Origin: Planctomycetota bacterium
Lineage (GTDB): Bacteria; Planctomycetota; Phycisphaerae; Sedimentisphaerales; Anaerobacaceae
Assembly (NCBI GenBank): GCA_043824065.1
Contig: JBDRTM010000428.1
Span: forward strand, 1-15,798
DNA: 15,798 nt
Direction of reading: 5' to 3'
This document shows positions 1 through 8,022 of this stretch, one piece after another. The notes under the pieces were generated by a model. That model was not told the DNA's origin. It saw only the letters and a program-made list of their open reading frames with translations, and ran no database searches. The position numbers and the translations under genes are program-made. How positions within the stretch are numbered: position 1 is the stretch's first letter; each line of letters opens with the position of its first letter.

Positions 1-1
1 A

Positions 2-934
2 GTGGGCGTCTGCGGTTCCGATGTGCACTACTACGAGACCGGCAGAATCGGCGAGCAAATTGTCGAGTATCCTTTCATAATAGGCCATGAATGTTCCGCA
101 ACGGTCGAAGCTGTTGGCAGCTCAGTTACCCACGTCAAAGCCGGCGACCAGGTAGTAGTGGATCCGGCTGCATCGTGCCACCAGTGCGACCAGTGCATCC
201 AGGGCAGAGAGAACACTTGTCATAATGTCCGTTTTCTTGGCGCACCGGGACAGGGCGGTGGCTGTTTATGTGAGTATCTTGTTATGCCGCAGGAGTGCTG
301 CTTTCCAACCAATGGGGCGATTACCCTCGAACAGGGAGCTTTGTGTGAGCCGTTGTCCATAGGTGTATATGCCGTCAAAAAAGCCTGCTTACCCAAAGAT
401 GCCGACGTGGCGATTCTCGGTGCAGGGCCAATCGGCCTAAGCTGTCTGCTAAGCGCCCGCGCGGAAAATGCACGTGCCTGTTATATGACTGAGAAAATTG
501 ACGAGCGCATAAAAGGTGCAAGGCAGGGCGGTGCAGCCTGGGTCGGCAATCCGAATAAACAGGACATAGTTAAAGAAATTCTTCAGCAGCAACCTGCCGG
601 AATGGACGTTGTTTTCGAATGTGCCGGCCAGCAGGAAACAATCGACCAGGCCATTGAGCTGCTCGAACCGGGCGGAAGACTCGTGCTTATAGGCAGTCCC
701 CGCACGGAAAGGGTCTCTTTTGATATCGACAGGATACGCAGAAAAGAAATTACCATTACAAATATCAGAAGACAGAACAAATGCACACAGAAAGCGATTG
801 ATTTAATAGCTTCAGGCAAAGTTAATGCCGATTTTATGATAACCCATCGTTTTGGACTGGAGCAGACAAAGAAAGCGTTTGACCTGGTCGCCGGCTATCG
901 CGATGGCGTAATCAAAGCTATGATTAACGTGTAG
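2..934 (+). CDS. Zn-dependent medium-chain dehydrogenase/reductase (sorbitol/L-threonine dehydrogenase-like), 5'-truncated by the window edge
   Basis: The ORF is open at the left edge. It has the catalytic-Zn motif GVCGSDVHYY...GHE and the structural-Zn cluster CHQCDQCIQGRENTC (C-x2-C-x2-C-x7-C). The Rossmann GxGxxG is present as ILGAGPIGL. Stop codon TAG at 932-934. Confidence 0.9.
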   Translation: MGVCGSDVHYYETGRIGEQIVEYPFIIGHECSATVEAVGSSVTHVKAGDQVVVDPAASCHQCDQCIQGRENTCHNVRFLGAPGQGGGCLCEYLVMPQECCFPTNGAITLEQGALCEPLSIGVYAVKKACLPKDADVAILGAGPIGLSCLLSARAENARACYMTEKIDERIKGARQGGAAWVGNPNKQDIVKEILQQQPAGMDVVFECAGQQETIDQAIELLEPGGRLVLIGSPRTERVSFDIDRIRRKEITITNIRRQNKCTQKAIDLIASGKVNADFMITHRFGLEQTKKAFDLVAGYRDGVIKAMINV

Positions 935-1090
935 GTAAGTGGTGAGTAGATTATCAGGTTATTAGGATATCAGGTTGCAGGGAATCAGAAAATCAGGGAA
1001 TCAGGAAAAGACAAATTTACTCTGATACCCTGGTAACCTGATACCCACTACTTAGTCACCTGATACTCTGATAACCACTTACCACTCACC
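934..1090. repeat. Long imperfect inverted repeat (about 157 nt hairpin) built from ATCAG(G)/CTGAT motifs
   Basis: Five ATCAG(G/A) copies start at 953, 969, 984, 992 and 1000 on the left arm. Four CTGAT copies start at 1022, 1038, 1060 and 1068 on the right arm. The base of the stem, GGTAAGTGGTGAGTAG (934-949), pairs with CCACTTACCACTCACC (1075-1090) at 13 Watson-Crick pairs plus 1 wobble out of 16. Confidence 0.6.
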
Positions 1091-1138
1091 AATCAACCAA
1101 TTAACTAATTAACCAAGTTTTTTTGGAGATTGAATTCT

Positions 1139-1957
1139 ATGGGTTGGCTTAATTTGAAAGGAAAAGTCGCAATCGTTACAGGGGGGGCCTGCGGCCTCGG
1201 CAGGGCCGTCTGCGAAGGATTAGCGGAAGTCGGAGCAAAAGTTGTCGTTGCTGATATAGACCAGCAGGGTGCTAAACAGCTTGCCAGGGCCTTAAAGGAT
1301 AAATTCGGCCCCAGTCATATATCGACGACAACCGACGTAACTAACAAGTCAAGTGTTGATGCCATGATACAGACGGCCCTCGATGCCTTTGGCAGCATTG
1401 ATATATTGGTCAACAACGCCGGGATAAATATCCCAAGATTACTCGTTGACCCCGCCGGCAAAGAGGAGCTGACGGAAGAGATTTGGGACAAAGTCGTTTT
1501 GGTAAACCAAAAAGGCCTTTTCCTGTGCGCCCAGGCCGCTGCTCGGGTTATGATTCAGTCCGGCAAGGGTGGTGTCATAATCAATATGGCCTCCGAATCC
1601 GGAATGGAAGGCTCGCAAGGCCAAAGCGTCTATGCCGCCACAAAGGCGGCTGTTTACAATCTTACACGTTCCTGGGCAAAGGAGCTTGGCAAACATAATA
1701 TCCGTGTCGTTGGCGTTGCGCCGGGAATCCTCGAAGCAACCGCTTTGCGCTCCGACGAGTACGAGCGAGCCCTGGCCTATACCCGTGGAATCACCGTCGA
1801 AGAGCTGCACCGCCGTTATAAGGAAGCTTCAATCCCCCTCGGAAGAAGCGGCAAGCTCAGCGAAGTTGCCGGCACGGTCTGCTTTTTGGCCTCCGAACGT
1901 GCCGGCTATATTCACGGCACTGTCATTAACGTCTCAGGCGGTAAAACCAGAGCCTGA
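1139..1957 (+). CDS. SDR family oxidoreductase (classical short-chain dehydrogenase, sugar/polyol-dehydrogenase-like)
   Basis: Motifs seen are TGGACGLG (TGxxxGxG), NNAG, and the catalytic S...YAATK (YxxxK). The track ORF starts at TTG 1130. ATG 1139 sits 10 nt after GGAG (1125-1128) and gives an MGWLNLKGK N-terminus, so I prefer it. Confidence 0.9.
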   Translation: MGWLNLKGKVAIVTGGACGLGRAVCEGLAEVGAKVVVADIDQQGAKQLARALKDKFGPSHISTTTDVTNKSSVDAMIQTALDAFGSIDILVNNAGINIPRLLVDPAGKEELTEEIWDKVVLVNQKGLFLCAQAAARVMIQSGKGGVIINMASESGMEGSQGQSVYAATKAAVYNLTRSWAKELGKHNIRVVGVAPGILEATALRSDEYERALAYTRGITVEELHRRYKEASIPLGRSGKLSEVAGTVCFLASERAGYIHGTVINVSGGKTRA

Positions 1958-2037
1958 GTCATCTTTGTGGACTGAAACAATCAATTTTTCTTGAAAATGC
2001 TCTTTTTTATTTTTATATAAATAAAAAAAGCGAAAGA

Positions 2038-2046
2038 TGATATAAT
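2038..2046 (+). promoter_or_regulatory. Extended -10 promoter element TGaTATAAT, positioned for a leaderless MNT transcript
   Basis: TGATATAAT lies at 2038-2046 and ends 6 nt before ATG 2053. No SD sits in between. An alternative promoter is TTGAAA (1991-1996), 17 nt, TATATA (2014-2019). Confidence 0.4.
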
Positions 2047-2052
2047 TTATCT

Positions 2053-2322
2053 ATGATTGCTGAATCGGATAAACGGAAAATTAGAGAAATTTCGGAAAAG
2101 TATCACGCCAAACGTGTACTCCTTTTTGGTTCCTGCTTAGATGTCACAAGAGAAAGCCGTGATATTGATATCGCCGTAGAAGGGGTCTCTCCTGAAGATT
2201 TTTTTAAATACTACGGTGATCTTATGCTAAAACTCTCCAAACCTATCGATGTAATTGATTTGTCTGGGAGGTCAAAATTCATCGAATTGATTCAGCTGGA
2301 AGGAGTTCTGCTATATGGCTGA
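2053..2322 (+). CDS. Minimal nucleotidyltransferase (MNT/MntA-like antitoxin)
   Basis: 89 aa. The pol-beta NTase signature LFGS-x9-DIDIAV (G26-S27 ... D37-x-D39) is present. The gene overlaps the downstream HEPN gene by 8 nt (ATGGCTGA). Confidence 0.85.
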   Translation: MIAESDKRKIREISEKYHAKRVLLFGSCLDVTRESRDIDIAVEGVSPEDFFKYYGDLMLKLSKPIDVIDLSGRSKFIELIQLEGVLLYG

Positions 2323-2731
2323 CTATAAAAGGCACATCGAAGCCGAATACGAAGCTATAGAGAATACTCTTTCTTCGCTTCCTGATAAGTCTTTATATCA
2401 ATTATCGAAATTGGAAGTTGCGGGTGTGGCAACCTTAATACATAATTTCTATAACGGCGTTGAAAATATAATAAAGCAAGTATTTCAAGCGAAATCTCTT
2501 AAGATTCCCACTGGCCAATCATGGCATCAAAATTTATTGCTTACAGCGACAAAAGAAAATATAATTTCTCAACAGCTTGCAGATGAACTCAAGGGATATC
2601 TTGCTTTTAGACACTTTGTTGTTCATGCTTACGCTCTCGACCTCCAACCACAAAGAATCGAATCGCTTGCAACTAATATTATAAAAGTATTTGACAAATT
2701 TAAATCTGAAATAAACAAGATTGCCGTATAA
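2315..2731 (+). CDS. HEPN-domain protein (HepT-like putative RNase toxin)
   Basis: 138 aa. An R-x4-H motif is followed by x-Y in FRHFVVHAY (R99...H104, nt 2609-2626). The gene is translationally coupled to the upstream MNT gene, which is the classic MNT-HEPN gene order. Confidence 0.75.
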   Translation: MADYKRHIEAEYEAIENTLSSLPDKSLYQLSKLEVAGVATLIHNFYNGVENIIKQVFQAKSLKIPTGQSWHQNLLLTATKENIISQQLADELKGYLAFRHFVVHAYALDLQPQRIESLATNIIKVFDKFKSEINKIAV

Positions 2732-2904
2732 CAAGTTACTGTACCTGATCTCTTACTCCTGTGCACTTCATATTGCACATTCTCCCGCATTTTTTCCCTT
2801 GTAAATTCTCCTTCTATAGTGTAGATACTATGCCTTTTATCCGGCCCTGTTCGGTTCCGGCTCGACCGGGTTAGGAAGAGACCTTTCAATTTGAGGTGGG
2901 AAAA

Positions 2905-3645
2905 ATGAATTACTATCTCCCGAAAAAATCAAAGTTATTGAAAGATTTTGATAAAACAGCGGACCTGATGGAAGATTATCTTGTCGAGCGTTATGGGGAA
3001 GAATTAGCTGACAGACTATATAGAGAAACACGGCAGGAGTATGAAAAAATAATTCCGGAGATACCGCATATTGAAGGCCCAAGGGCTCGTGCTCTCAATC
3101 TATTTCTCCTTATCGTTGCCCAGGAGCTGGCTGTTTACAGAATCATGAAAAAGCATGGCAAATCTCTGGGTGAAACTTGGGAAATATGTCATGAGGCAAT
3201 TAAGCTAAGAATGGAGAAGTTTTCAAAGATTAAACGCTGGTTACTCAAAAAATTGATGTATTCTAATTTCCTGATGAAAAGAGTAAAAAGGCGGGCCGAG
3301 AGAGGTGAACAGCTAAAGTTTGGAGATTTTGAAGTCAGATATCTCATTGGGGATGGAAAAGAATTTGATTGGGGTGTGGATTATGTCGCATGTGGACATT
3401 ATACTTTTTTGAAAGCTCAAGGAGCGGAAGAATTTGCTCCGTATGTTTGTTTGTCGGATATAGCTTTAGGAGATGCACTTGGTTGGGGACTAATCAGAAC
3501 TCAAACAATTGCCGATGGATTCCAAACATGCGACTTTAGATTTAAAAAAGGAAGCGAAACTAAGATTTCTTCCAAAACTCCGGAAGTCCAGGCGACTATT
3601 GAGAAAATTTTGAAATCACAAGGTGAAAAAAATGTATACTCTTAG
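2905..3645 (+). CDS. L-2-amino-thiazoline-4-carboxylic acid (ATC) hydrolase family protein
   Basis: The C-terminal region ACGHYTFLKAQGAEEFAPYVCLSDIALGDALGWGLIRTQTIADGFQTCDFRF matches my recollection of the PF14196 pattern (...C..D....G..L.RT.T.A.G...CDFRF). The track start is GTG 2896. ATG 2905 follows GAGGTGGG (2893-2900), so I prefer it. Confidence 0.65.
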   Translation: MNYYLPKKSKLLKDFDKTADLMEDYLVERYGEELADRLYRETRQEYEKIIPEIPHIEGPRARALNLFLLIVAQELAVYRIMKKHGKSLGETWEICHEAIKLRMEKFSKIKRWLLKKLMYSNFLMKRVKRRAERGEQLKFGDFEVRYLIGDGKEFDWGVDYVACGHYTFLKAQGAEEFAPYVCLSDIALGDALGWGLIRTQTIADGFQTCDFRFKKGSETKISSKTPEVQATIEKILKSQGEKNVYS

Positions 3646-3739
3646 GGTTGATGTACATCATCATATTGTACTGCCTGAATATGCTGCAAGGCTCGCAAAA
3701 ATGGAAGATAATTTATTTACAAGTCCTATGGAACTATGA
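3632..3739 (+). pseudogene. 35-codon ORF resembling the N-terminal HxH metal-binding start of an amidohydrolase-2 family enzyme (gene remnant or coupling ORF)
   Basis: Not in the ORF track. Translation is MYTLRVDVHHHIVLPEYAARLAKMEDNLFTSPMEL. The SD-like AAGGTG (3620-3625) ends 6 nt before the ATG. The stop TGA (3737-3739) overlaps the cinA ATG (3736-3738) as ATGA. Confidence 0.35.
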
Positions 3740-4974
3740 AAAAAGCAAGTATCGTCAGCATCGGCAATGAGCTCCTCAGCGGTCAAACAGTAGATACTAA
3801 CGCCGCATACTTGAGTGGCGAACTGCTTTCAATCGGCATACCCGTTGTCAGCTCTTATACCATCGGCGATGATATGGATGCAATTGTACGGGCATTTAAT
3901 CTGGCAAGCACCGATGCTGATATAGTCCTGGCTACCGGCGGGTTAGGCCCGACCGACGATGATTTGACCCGCCAGGCGTTCGCAAAGTTCCTCGGAACCG
4001 AGTTACAATTAAAGACCGACCTTCTGGACAGGATTCAGAATTTTTTCGCTAAGCGGAATTTGCAGATGTCGGATAAGAATAAGATTCAGGCATACATACC
4101 AGCCGGCGCAAAGGCGCTTGCAAATCCTCTTGGCACGGCCCCCGGCATTATGGCCGAAGCAAAAGGAAAACTGATTGTTGCTTTACCTGGTGTGCCGTCG
4201 GAAATGAAGCGAATGTTCGCCGAATCGGTCCTTCCGGAACTTCAGAGGTTCGCCGGCACGCAGGCTGTGGTGGTGCGAAAACTAAGATGCTTCGGAACAG
4301 GCGAATCGAACATCGCTGAATTACTCGGCCCGCTTATGCAAAGAGGAAGGAACCCATTGATCAACTGCACGGCCAAGTATGGTATAATCACCCTGACAAT
4401 TACAGCAACCGTAAAAGACAAAGATAAGGCCCATCAAATGGCCGAAAAAGACGAAAAATTGCTGCGTAATAAGCTCGGAGAGCTGGTTTACGGCACAGGG
4501 GAGCAAACTTTAGCCGAAGTGGTCGGCGAAAAATTAGCCCGGGAAAAAATGACTATCGCCGTAGCCGAATCCTGCACAGGCGGCACCTTAGCCAAGCTGC
4601 TGACCGATATCCCCGGAGCAAGCAGATATTTCACGCACGGATGGATTACTTACAGCAACACCGCAAAGACCGGCGAACTGGGCGTACCTGCCGATTTGAT
4701 TGAAAAATACGGCGCTGTCAGCGAACAGGTCGCTCAGGCTATGGCCCAGGGCGCCAGAACAAAAGCCCGAACAGATTTTGCAATTAGCATAACCGGCATA
4801 GCTGGCCCAGCCGGCCGAGCTGAACAAAAACCCGTAGGACTGGTATATATCAGTGTGGATTCCCATAATGGCTGTGATACCAAACGCTGCCGTTTTTCTC
4901 ACGATAGACGCTACATACGCCTTAGAGCGGCACGTACTGCTCTGAATATGCTCAGATTGAAATTGAACATTTGA
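3736..4974 (+). CDS. cinA: CinA family protein (MoCF-type N-domain plus PncC nicotinamide-nucleotide amidohydrolase C-domain)
   Basis: The N-terminus MKKASIVSIGNELLSGQTVDTNAAYLS is typical of CinA. The C-domain motif AESCTGG is present. The 412-aa length fits the family. Confidence 0.93.
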   Translation: MKKASIVSIGNELLSGQTVDTNAAYLSGELLSIGIPVVSSYTIGDDMDAIVRAFNLASTDADIVLATGGLGPTDDDLTRQAFAKFLGTELQLKTDLLDRIQNFFAKRNLQMSDKNKIQAYIPAGAKALANPLGTAPGIMAEAKGKLIVALPGVPSEMKRMFAESVLPELQRFAGTQAVVVRKLRCFGTGESNIAELLGPLMQRGRNPLINCTAKYGIITLTITATVKDKDKAHQMAEKDEKLLRNKLGELVYGTGEQTLAEVVGEKLAREKMTIAVAESCTGGTLAKLLTDIPGASRYFTHGWITYSNTAKTGELGVPADLIEKYGAVSEQVAQAMAQGARTKARTDFAISITGIAGPAGRAEQKPVGLVYISVDSHNGCDTKRCRFSHDRRYIRLRAARTALNMLRLKLNI

Positions 4975-4999
4975 CTAACTGCGTTGGAGATGTTATAAT
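4971..4999 (+). promoter_or_regulatory. Near-consensus sigma70 promoter for pilB
   Basis: TTGACT (4971-4976), a 17-nt spacer, then TATAAT (4994-4999), with an extended TG at 4991-4992. SD GAGGAG lies at 5025-5030 and the ATG at 5036. Confidence 0.6.
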
Positions 5000-5035
5000 A
5001 GTAATTATTGGGTTTAGCAGGATTTTGAGGAGAAT

Positions 5036-6772
5036 ATGGCAAAGCAGCGCAAACGTTTAGGTGAAATACTTTACAAGGCAGGGCTTGTAGAAAAGCAGGC
5101 TCTCATCAATGCCATTAAAACTTCCAAGAGCAATAACAAACGGCTTGGCCAGATATTGCTCGAACTTGGCCTGATAGATGAAGATGCTCTGACCAAGGCA
5201 ATCGCCAAGCAGTTTGACTTACAATACATAGATCTGGACAAAACTACCATCCCGCAGGATGCCGCTAAGTTGATTCCACAGGAGCTTATGAAAAGGCATA
5301 ATGTCCTGCCTCTCGGTATGAACAACGGCAAATTGAAAGTGGTTATTTGCGACCCCCTCGACCTGGAGATGATGGACGCAATTCGGTTCCGATTGAATAC
5401 CGAGCTGGAGTGTTGTGTTGCAAACCCTACGAAGATTCGCTCCTACATCCAGGATTCCTTCGACCAGACACAAAAGGAGGAAAGCGACAGGCTAAGGCAT
5501 AGCATCGACGCAACTGCCGCTGAGCTTGCCGAGGTCGGCCACGAGTTACAGGCCGAAGCACTCAAGGCACAAGTTGCAGGCGGGGATGATGACGCACCGA
5601 TTATCAGATTGGTAAACCTGATAGTGGATAATGCCTATTATATGCGGGCCAGCGATATACACATTGAACCAATGGAAGATAGGGTACGCATAAGATACCG
5701 CATCGACGGCGTCTGTATGGAAAGAGACAATATTCCCAAGAATATGCAGGCACCGTTGACTACCCGCCTCAAAATCCTATCCGGTATGGATATTGCCGAG
5801 AAAAGGTTGCCGCAAGATGGTCGTATTAAACGTGTGATAGGAGGACAGGACATCGATTTTCGTGTCTCGGCTCTGCCGGGCAACCACGGAGAAAGTATAG
5901 TGCTGCGACTTTTGCGCCGCGATGCCGTAAACGTCGGTATTGAGTCTTTGGGCTTTGAACAGGACAATTATGAGCAATTCCATAAGATAATCAAAAGACC
6001 GAACGGCATCTTTTTGGTTACAGGCCCCACCGGTAGTGGCAAAACCACAACCTTATATGCTGCTTTGCAGGAGCTTAACAAGCCGGATAAGAAAATCATC
6101 ACCGCCGAAGACCCCGTCGAATACAACTTCGACGGAATGAATCAGTGCCAGGTCAAAGAAGATATCGAATTGACTTTTGACAGGATTTTAAGAGCGATGT
6201 TGCGACAGGCCCCCAATATCATACTCATCGGCGAAATCCGTGACGGCGTCGTCGCTGATATCGCAATCCAGGCCGCACTTACCGGTCACCTCGTTTTCAG
6301 CACTTTGCACACTAATGACGCACCAAGCGCAATTACCCGTCTCATAGATATGGGCGTAAAGCCCTTTCTCGTAGCAAGCTCCATACAGGCCATTATGGCA
6401 CAGAGACTTGTAAGAATCATTTGCAAAAAGTGCAAGGTGGTGGACGAAAATCCGGACCCATATCATTTACAGTCATTGAGTATCACACCCGAAGACCTCG
6501 AAAAAAGTCCCGTTTATAAAGGAGCAGGTTGTAGTCAGTGCCAGCATACCGGCTACAAAGGACGTATCGCCATATTCGAAATGTTTGAAATGAACAATGA
6601 GATAAGAGAGCTGGCCTTTGCAAAGGCTCCTACTACCGAGTTGAGAAAGGCTGCAAAAGCAAGCGGTATGAGAACCCTGATGGAAGACGGAAAGCTCAAA
6701 ATATTCAAAGGAACAACCACGCCGGCTGAAGTCGTCAGAATAACCCAGACCGAAGGTGCGGCGGTCAGTTGA
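5036..6772 (+). CDS. pilB: Type IV pilus assembly / type II secretion ATPase (PilB/GspE family) with N-terminal MshEN/T2SSE_N domain
   Basis: Walker A GPTGSGKTTT is present. The tetracysteine motif is CKKCK...CSQCQHTGYKGR. An N-terminal tandem of RLGxxL...G motifs is also present. 578 aa. Confidence 0.93.
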   Translation: MAKQRKRLGEILYKAGLVEKQALINAIKTSKSNNKRLGQILLELGLIDEDALTKAIAKQFDLQYIDLDKTTIPQDAAKLIPQELMKRHNVLPLGMNNGKLKVVICDPLDLEMMDAIRFRLNTELECCVANPTKIRSYIQDSFDQTQKEESDRLRHSIDATAAELAEVGHELQAEALKAQVAGGDDDAPIIRLVNLIVDNAYYMRASDIHIEPMEDRVRIRYRIDGVCMERDNIPKNMQAPLTTRLKILSGMDIAEKRLPQDGRIKRVIGGQDIDFRVSALPGNHGESIVLRLLRRDAVNVGIESLGFEQDNYEQFHKIIKRPNGIFLVTGPTGSGKTTTLYAALQELNKPDKKIITAEDPVEYNFDGMNQCQVKEDIELTFDRILRAMLRQAPNIILIGEIRDGVVADIAIQAALTGHLVFSTLHTNDAPSAITRLIDMGVKPFLVASSIQAIMAQRLVRIICKKCKVVDENPDPYHLQSLSITPEDLEKSPVYKGAGCSQCQHTGYKGRIAIFEMFEMNNEIRELAFAKAPTTELRKAAKASGMRTLMEDGKLKIFKGTTTPAEVVRITQTEGAAVS

Positions 6773-6800
6773 ACCAAATATAGTTATTGAGGATTCTTAA

Positions 6801-7952
6801 ATGGCAACAGTCAATATGGACAGATTACTCGAAGCCTGTGTTGCACAGGGGGCTTCCGATTTACATATTGTTACCGGCCGCCCGCCTGTATTAAGGGTAG
6901 ATGGTTCGCTCAGGTCACTGGAAACCAAGGTGCTCGAACCTGATGATACCACCGCTTTAATGAAGAGCATCACACCTGACCGAAATCAACAGGAGCTTCA
7001 GGAAGAGGGTGGTACCGACTATGGTTTTGCTTATGGCGATGTGGCAAGATTTCGCGTCTCTGTTTTTCGACAGAAAGGCAATATCTCCATTGTCTTGCGG
7101 CGTATCCCAACAAGTATTATGACCTTTGAGGAGATAGGTTTGCCTAAGATTTGTGCCGCTCTGTGCCGCAGGCCCAGAGGGATGTTCCTGGTTACCGGAC
7201 CAACCGGATGTGGAAAAACTACCACACTTGCTTGTATGATAAACTACATCAACGAAAATTTTGACCGCCACATTATAACCGTTGAAGAACCAATAGAATA
7301 TTATCACCCACACAAAAAATCTATTATTAATCAGCGGGAAGTCGGCGTTGATGTCCCCAGCTTTGGCGAGGCACTAAAACGCGTTTTGAGAATGGACCCT
7401 GACGTGATTCTGGTAGGTGAATTGCGCGATTTGGAAACAATCGAATCAGCCGTCAGGGCCGCCGAGACCGGACACCTTGTCTTCAGCACAGTACACACTA
7501 CAAGCGCCGCAGGAACCATTACCAGATTGATTGACGTCTTTCCCGTGGACCAGCAAGAGCAAATTCGAATTCAGTTAAGCAGCAATTTGATAGCCGTTCT
7601 CAGCCAGGCACTTTTACCTTTAGCTACCGGCAGGGGAAGAATTGCTGCTTATGAGTTTATGGTTGTAACGCCTGCAATTGCAAATCTTATCCGCGAGAAC
7701 AAGACTTACCGAATCGATTCCAGCATTCAAACCGGCAAAAAGCTCGGTATGCAGCTTCTTGATGAGCACCTCTGGAAACTATATGATACCGGCATAATCA
7801 ACCTCGAGGAAATGATCGACAAAGGACGTCAGCCCGGCGCATTGCAGGACAAGGCTATGGCCAAAATAGAGGCCTTAAGGGGAAAGCATAGAACCAGGAA
7901 GAGAGAGGCAAAGAAGGAAATGGACGATTTAGGAACTATCTTAAGGACCTGA
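6801..7952 (+). CDS. pilT: Type IV pilus retraction ATPase PilT (twitching motility)
   Basis: Walker A GPTGCGKTTT is present. The PilT signature is AIANLIRENKTYRIDSSIQTG. SD GAGGA lies at 6790-6794, 29 nt after the pilB stop. The protein has a roughly 35-aa basic C-terminal extension. Confidence 0.93.
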   Translation: MATVNMDRLLEACVAQGASDLHIVTGRPPVLRVDGSLRSLETKVLEPDDTTALMKSITPDRNQQELQEEGGTDYGFAYGDVARFRVSVFRQKGNISIVLRRIPTSIMTFEEIGLPKICAALCRRPRGMFLVTGPTGCGKTTTLACMINYINENFDRHIITVEEPIEYYHPHKKSIINQREVGVDVPSFGEALKRVLRMDPDVILVGELRDLETIESAVRAAETGHLVFSTVHTTSAAGTITRLIDVFPVDQQEQIRIQLSSNLIAVLSQALLPLATGRGRIAAYEFMVVTPAIANLIRENKTYRIDSSIQTGKKLGMQLLDEHLWKLYDTGIINLEEMIDKGRQPGALQDKAMAKIEALRGKHRTRKREAKKEMDDLGTILRT

Positions 7953-8022
7953 CAAACGCCTTCCTTTTATATTTAAACCCGCGTTTCGCTCGGATTTTAT
8001 GCCGTTTTGTTTAGCCCCCAGG

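Noticed and set aside
31-819. Minus-strand ORFs 31..216 and 583..819 inside the Zn-dehydrogenase gene
   Set aside because: They are antisense to a well-supported CDS, have no recognisable motifs, and their composition is typical of shadow frames.
1439-1994. ORFs 1439..1810 (-), 1483..1698 (+) and 1632..1994 (+) overlapping the SDR gene
   Set aside because: They are alternative or antisense frames of a gene with clear SDR motifs. Their Arg/Pro/Ser-rich translations are typical of off-frame reads.
1130-2898. Alternative non-ATG starts used by the ORF track (TTG 1130 for the SDR gene, GTG 2896 for the ATC hydrolase)
   Set aside because: In both cases a nearby downstream ATG (1139 and 2905) has better spacing from an SD-like element. 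The upstream codons directly abut or overlap the SD.
2534-3082. Minus-strand ORFs 2534..2734, 2629..2889 and 2837..3082
   Set aside because: They are antisense to the HEPN and ATC-hydrolase genes or lie in AT-rich spacer. They have no start-site signals or family motifs.
4321-7519. All minus-strand ORFs inside cinA, pilB and pilT (for example 4588..4902, 5638..5967, 6957..7313)
   Set aside because: They are shadow ORFs antisense to strongly supported genes.
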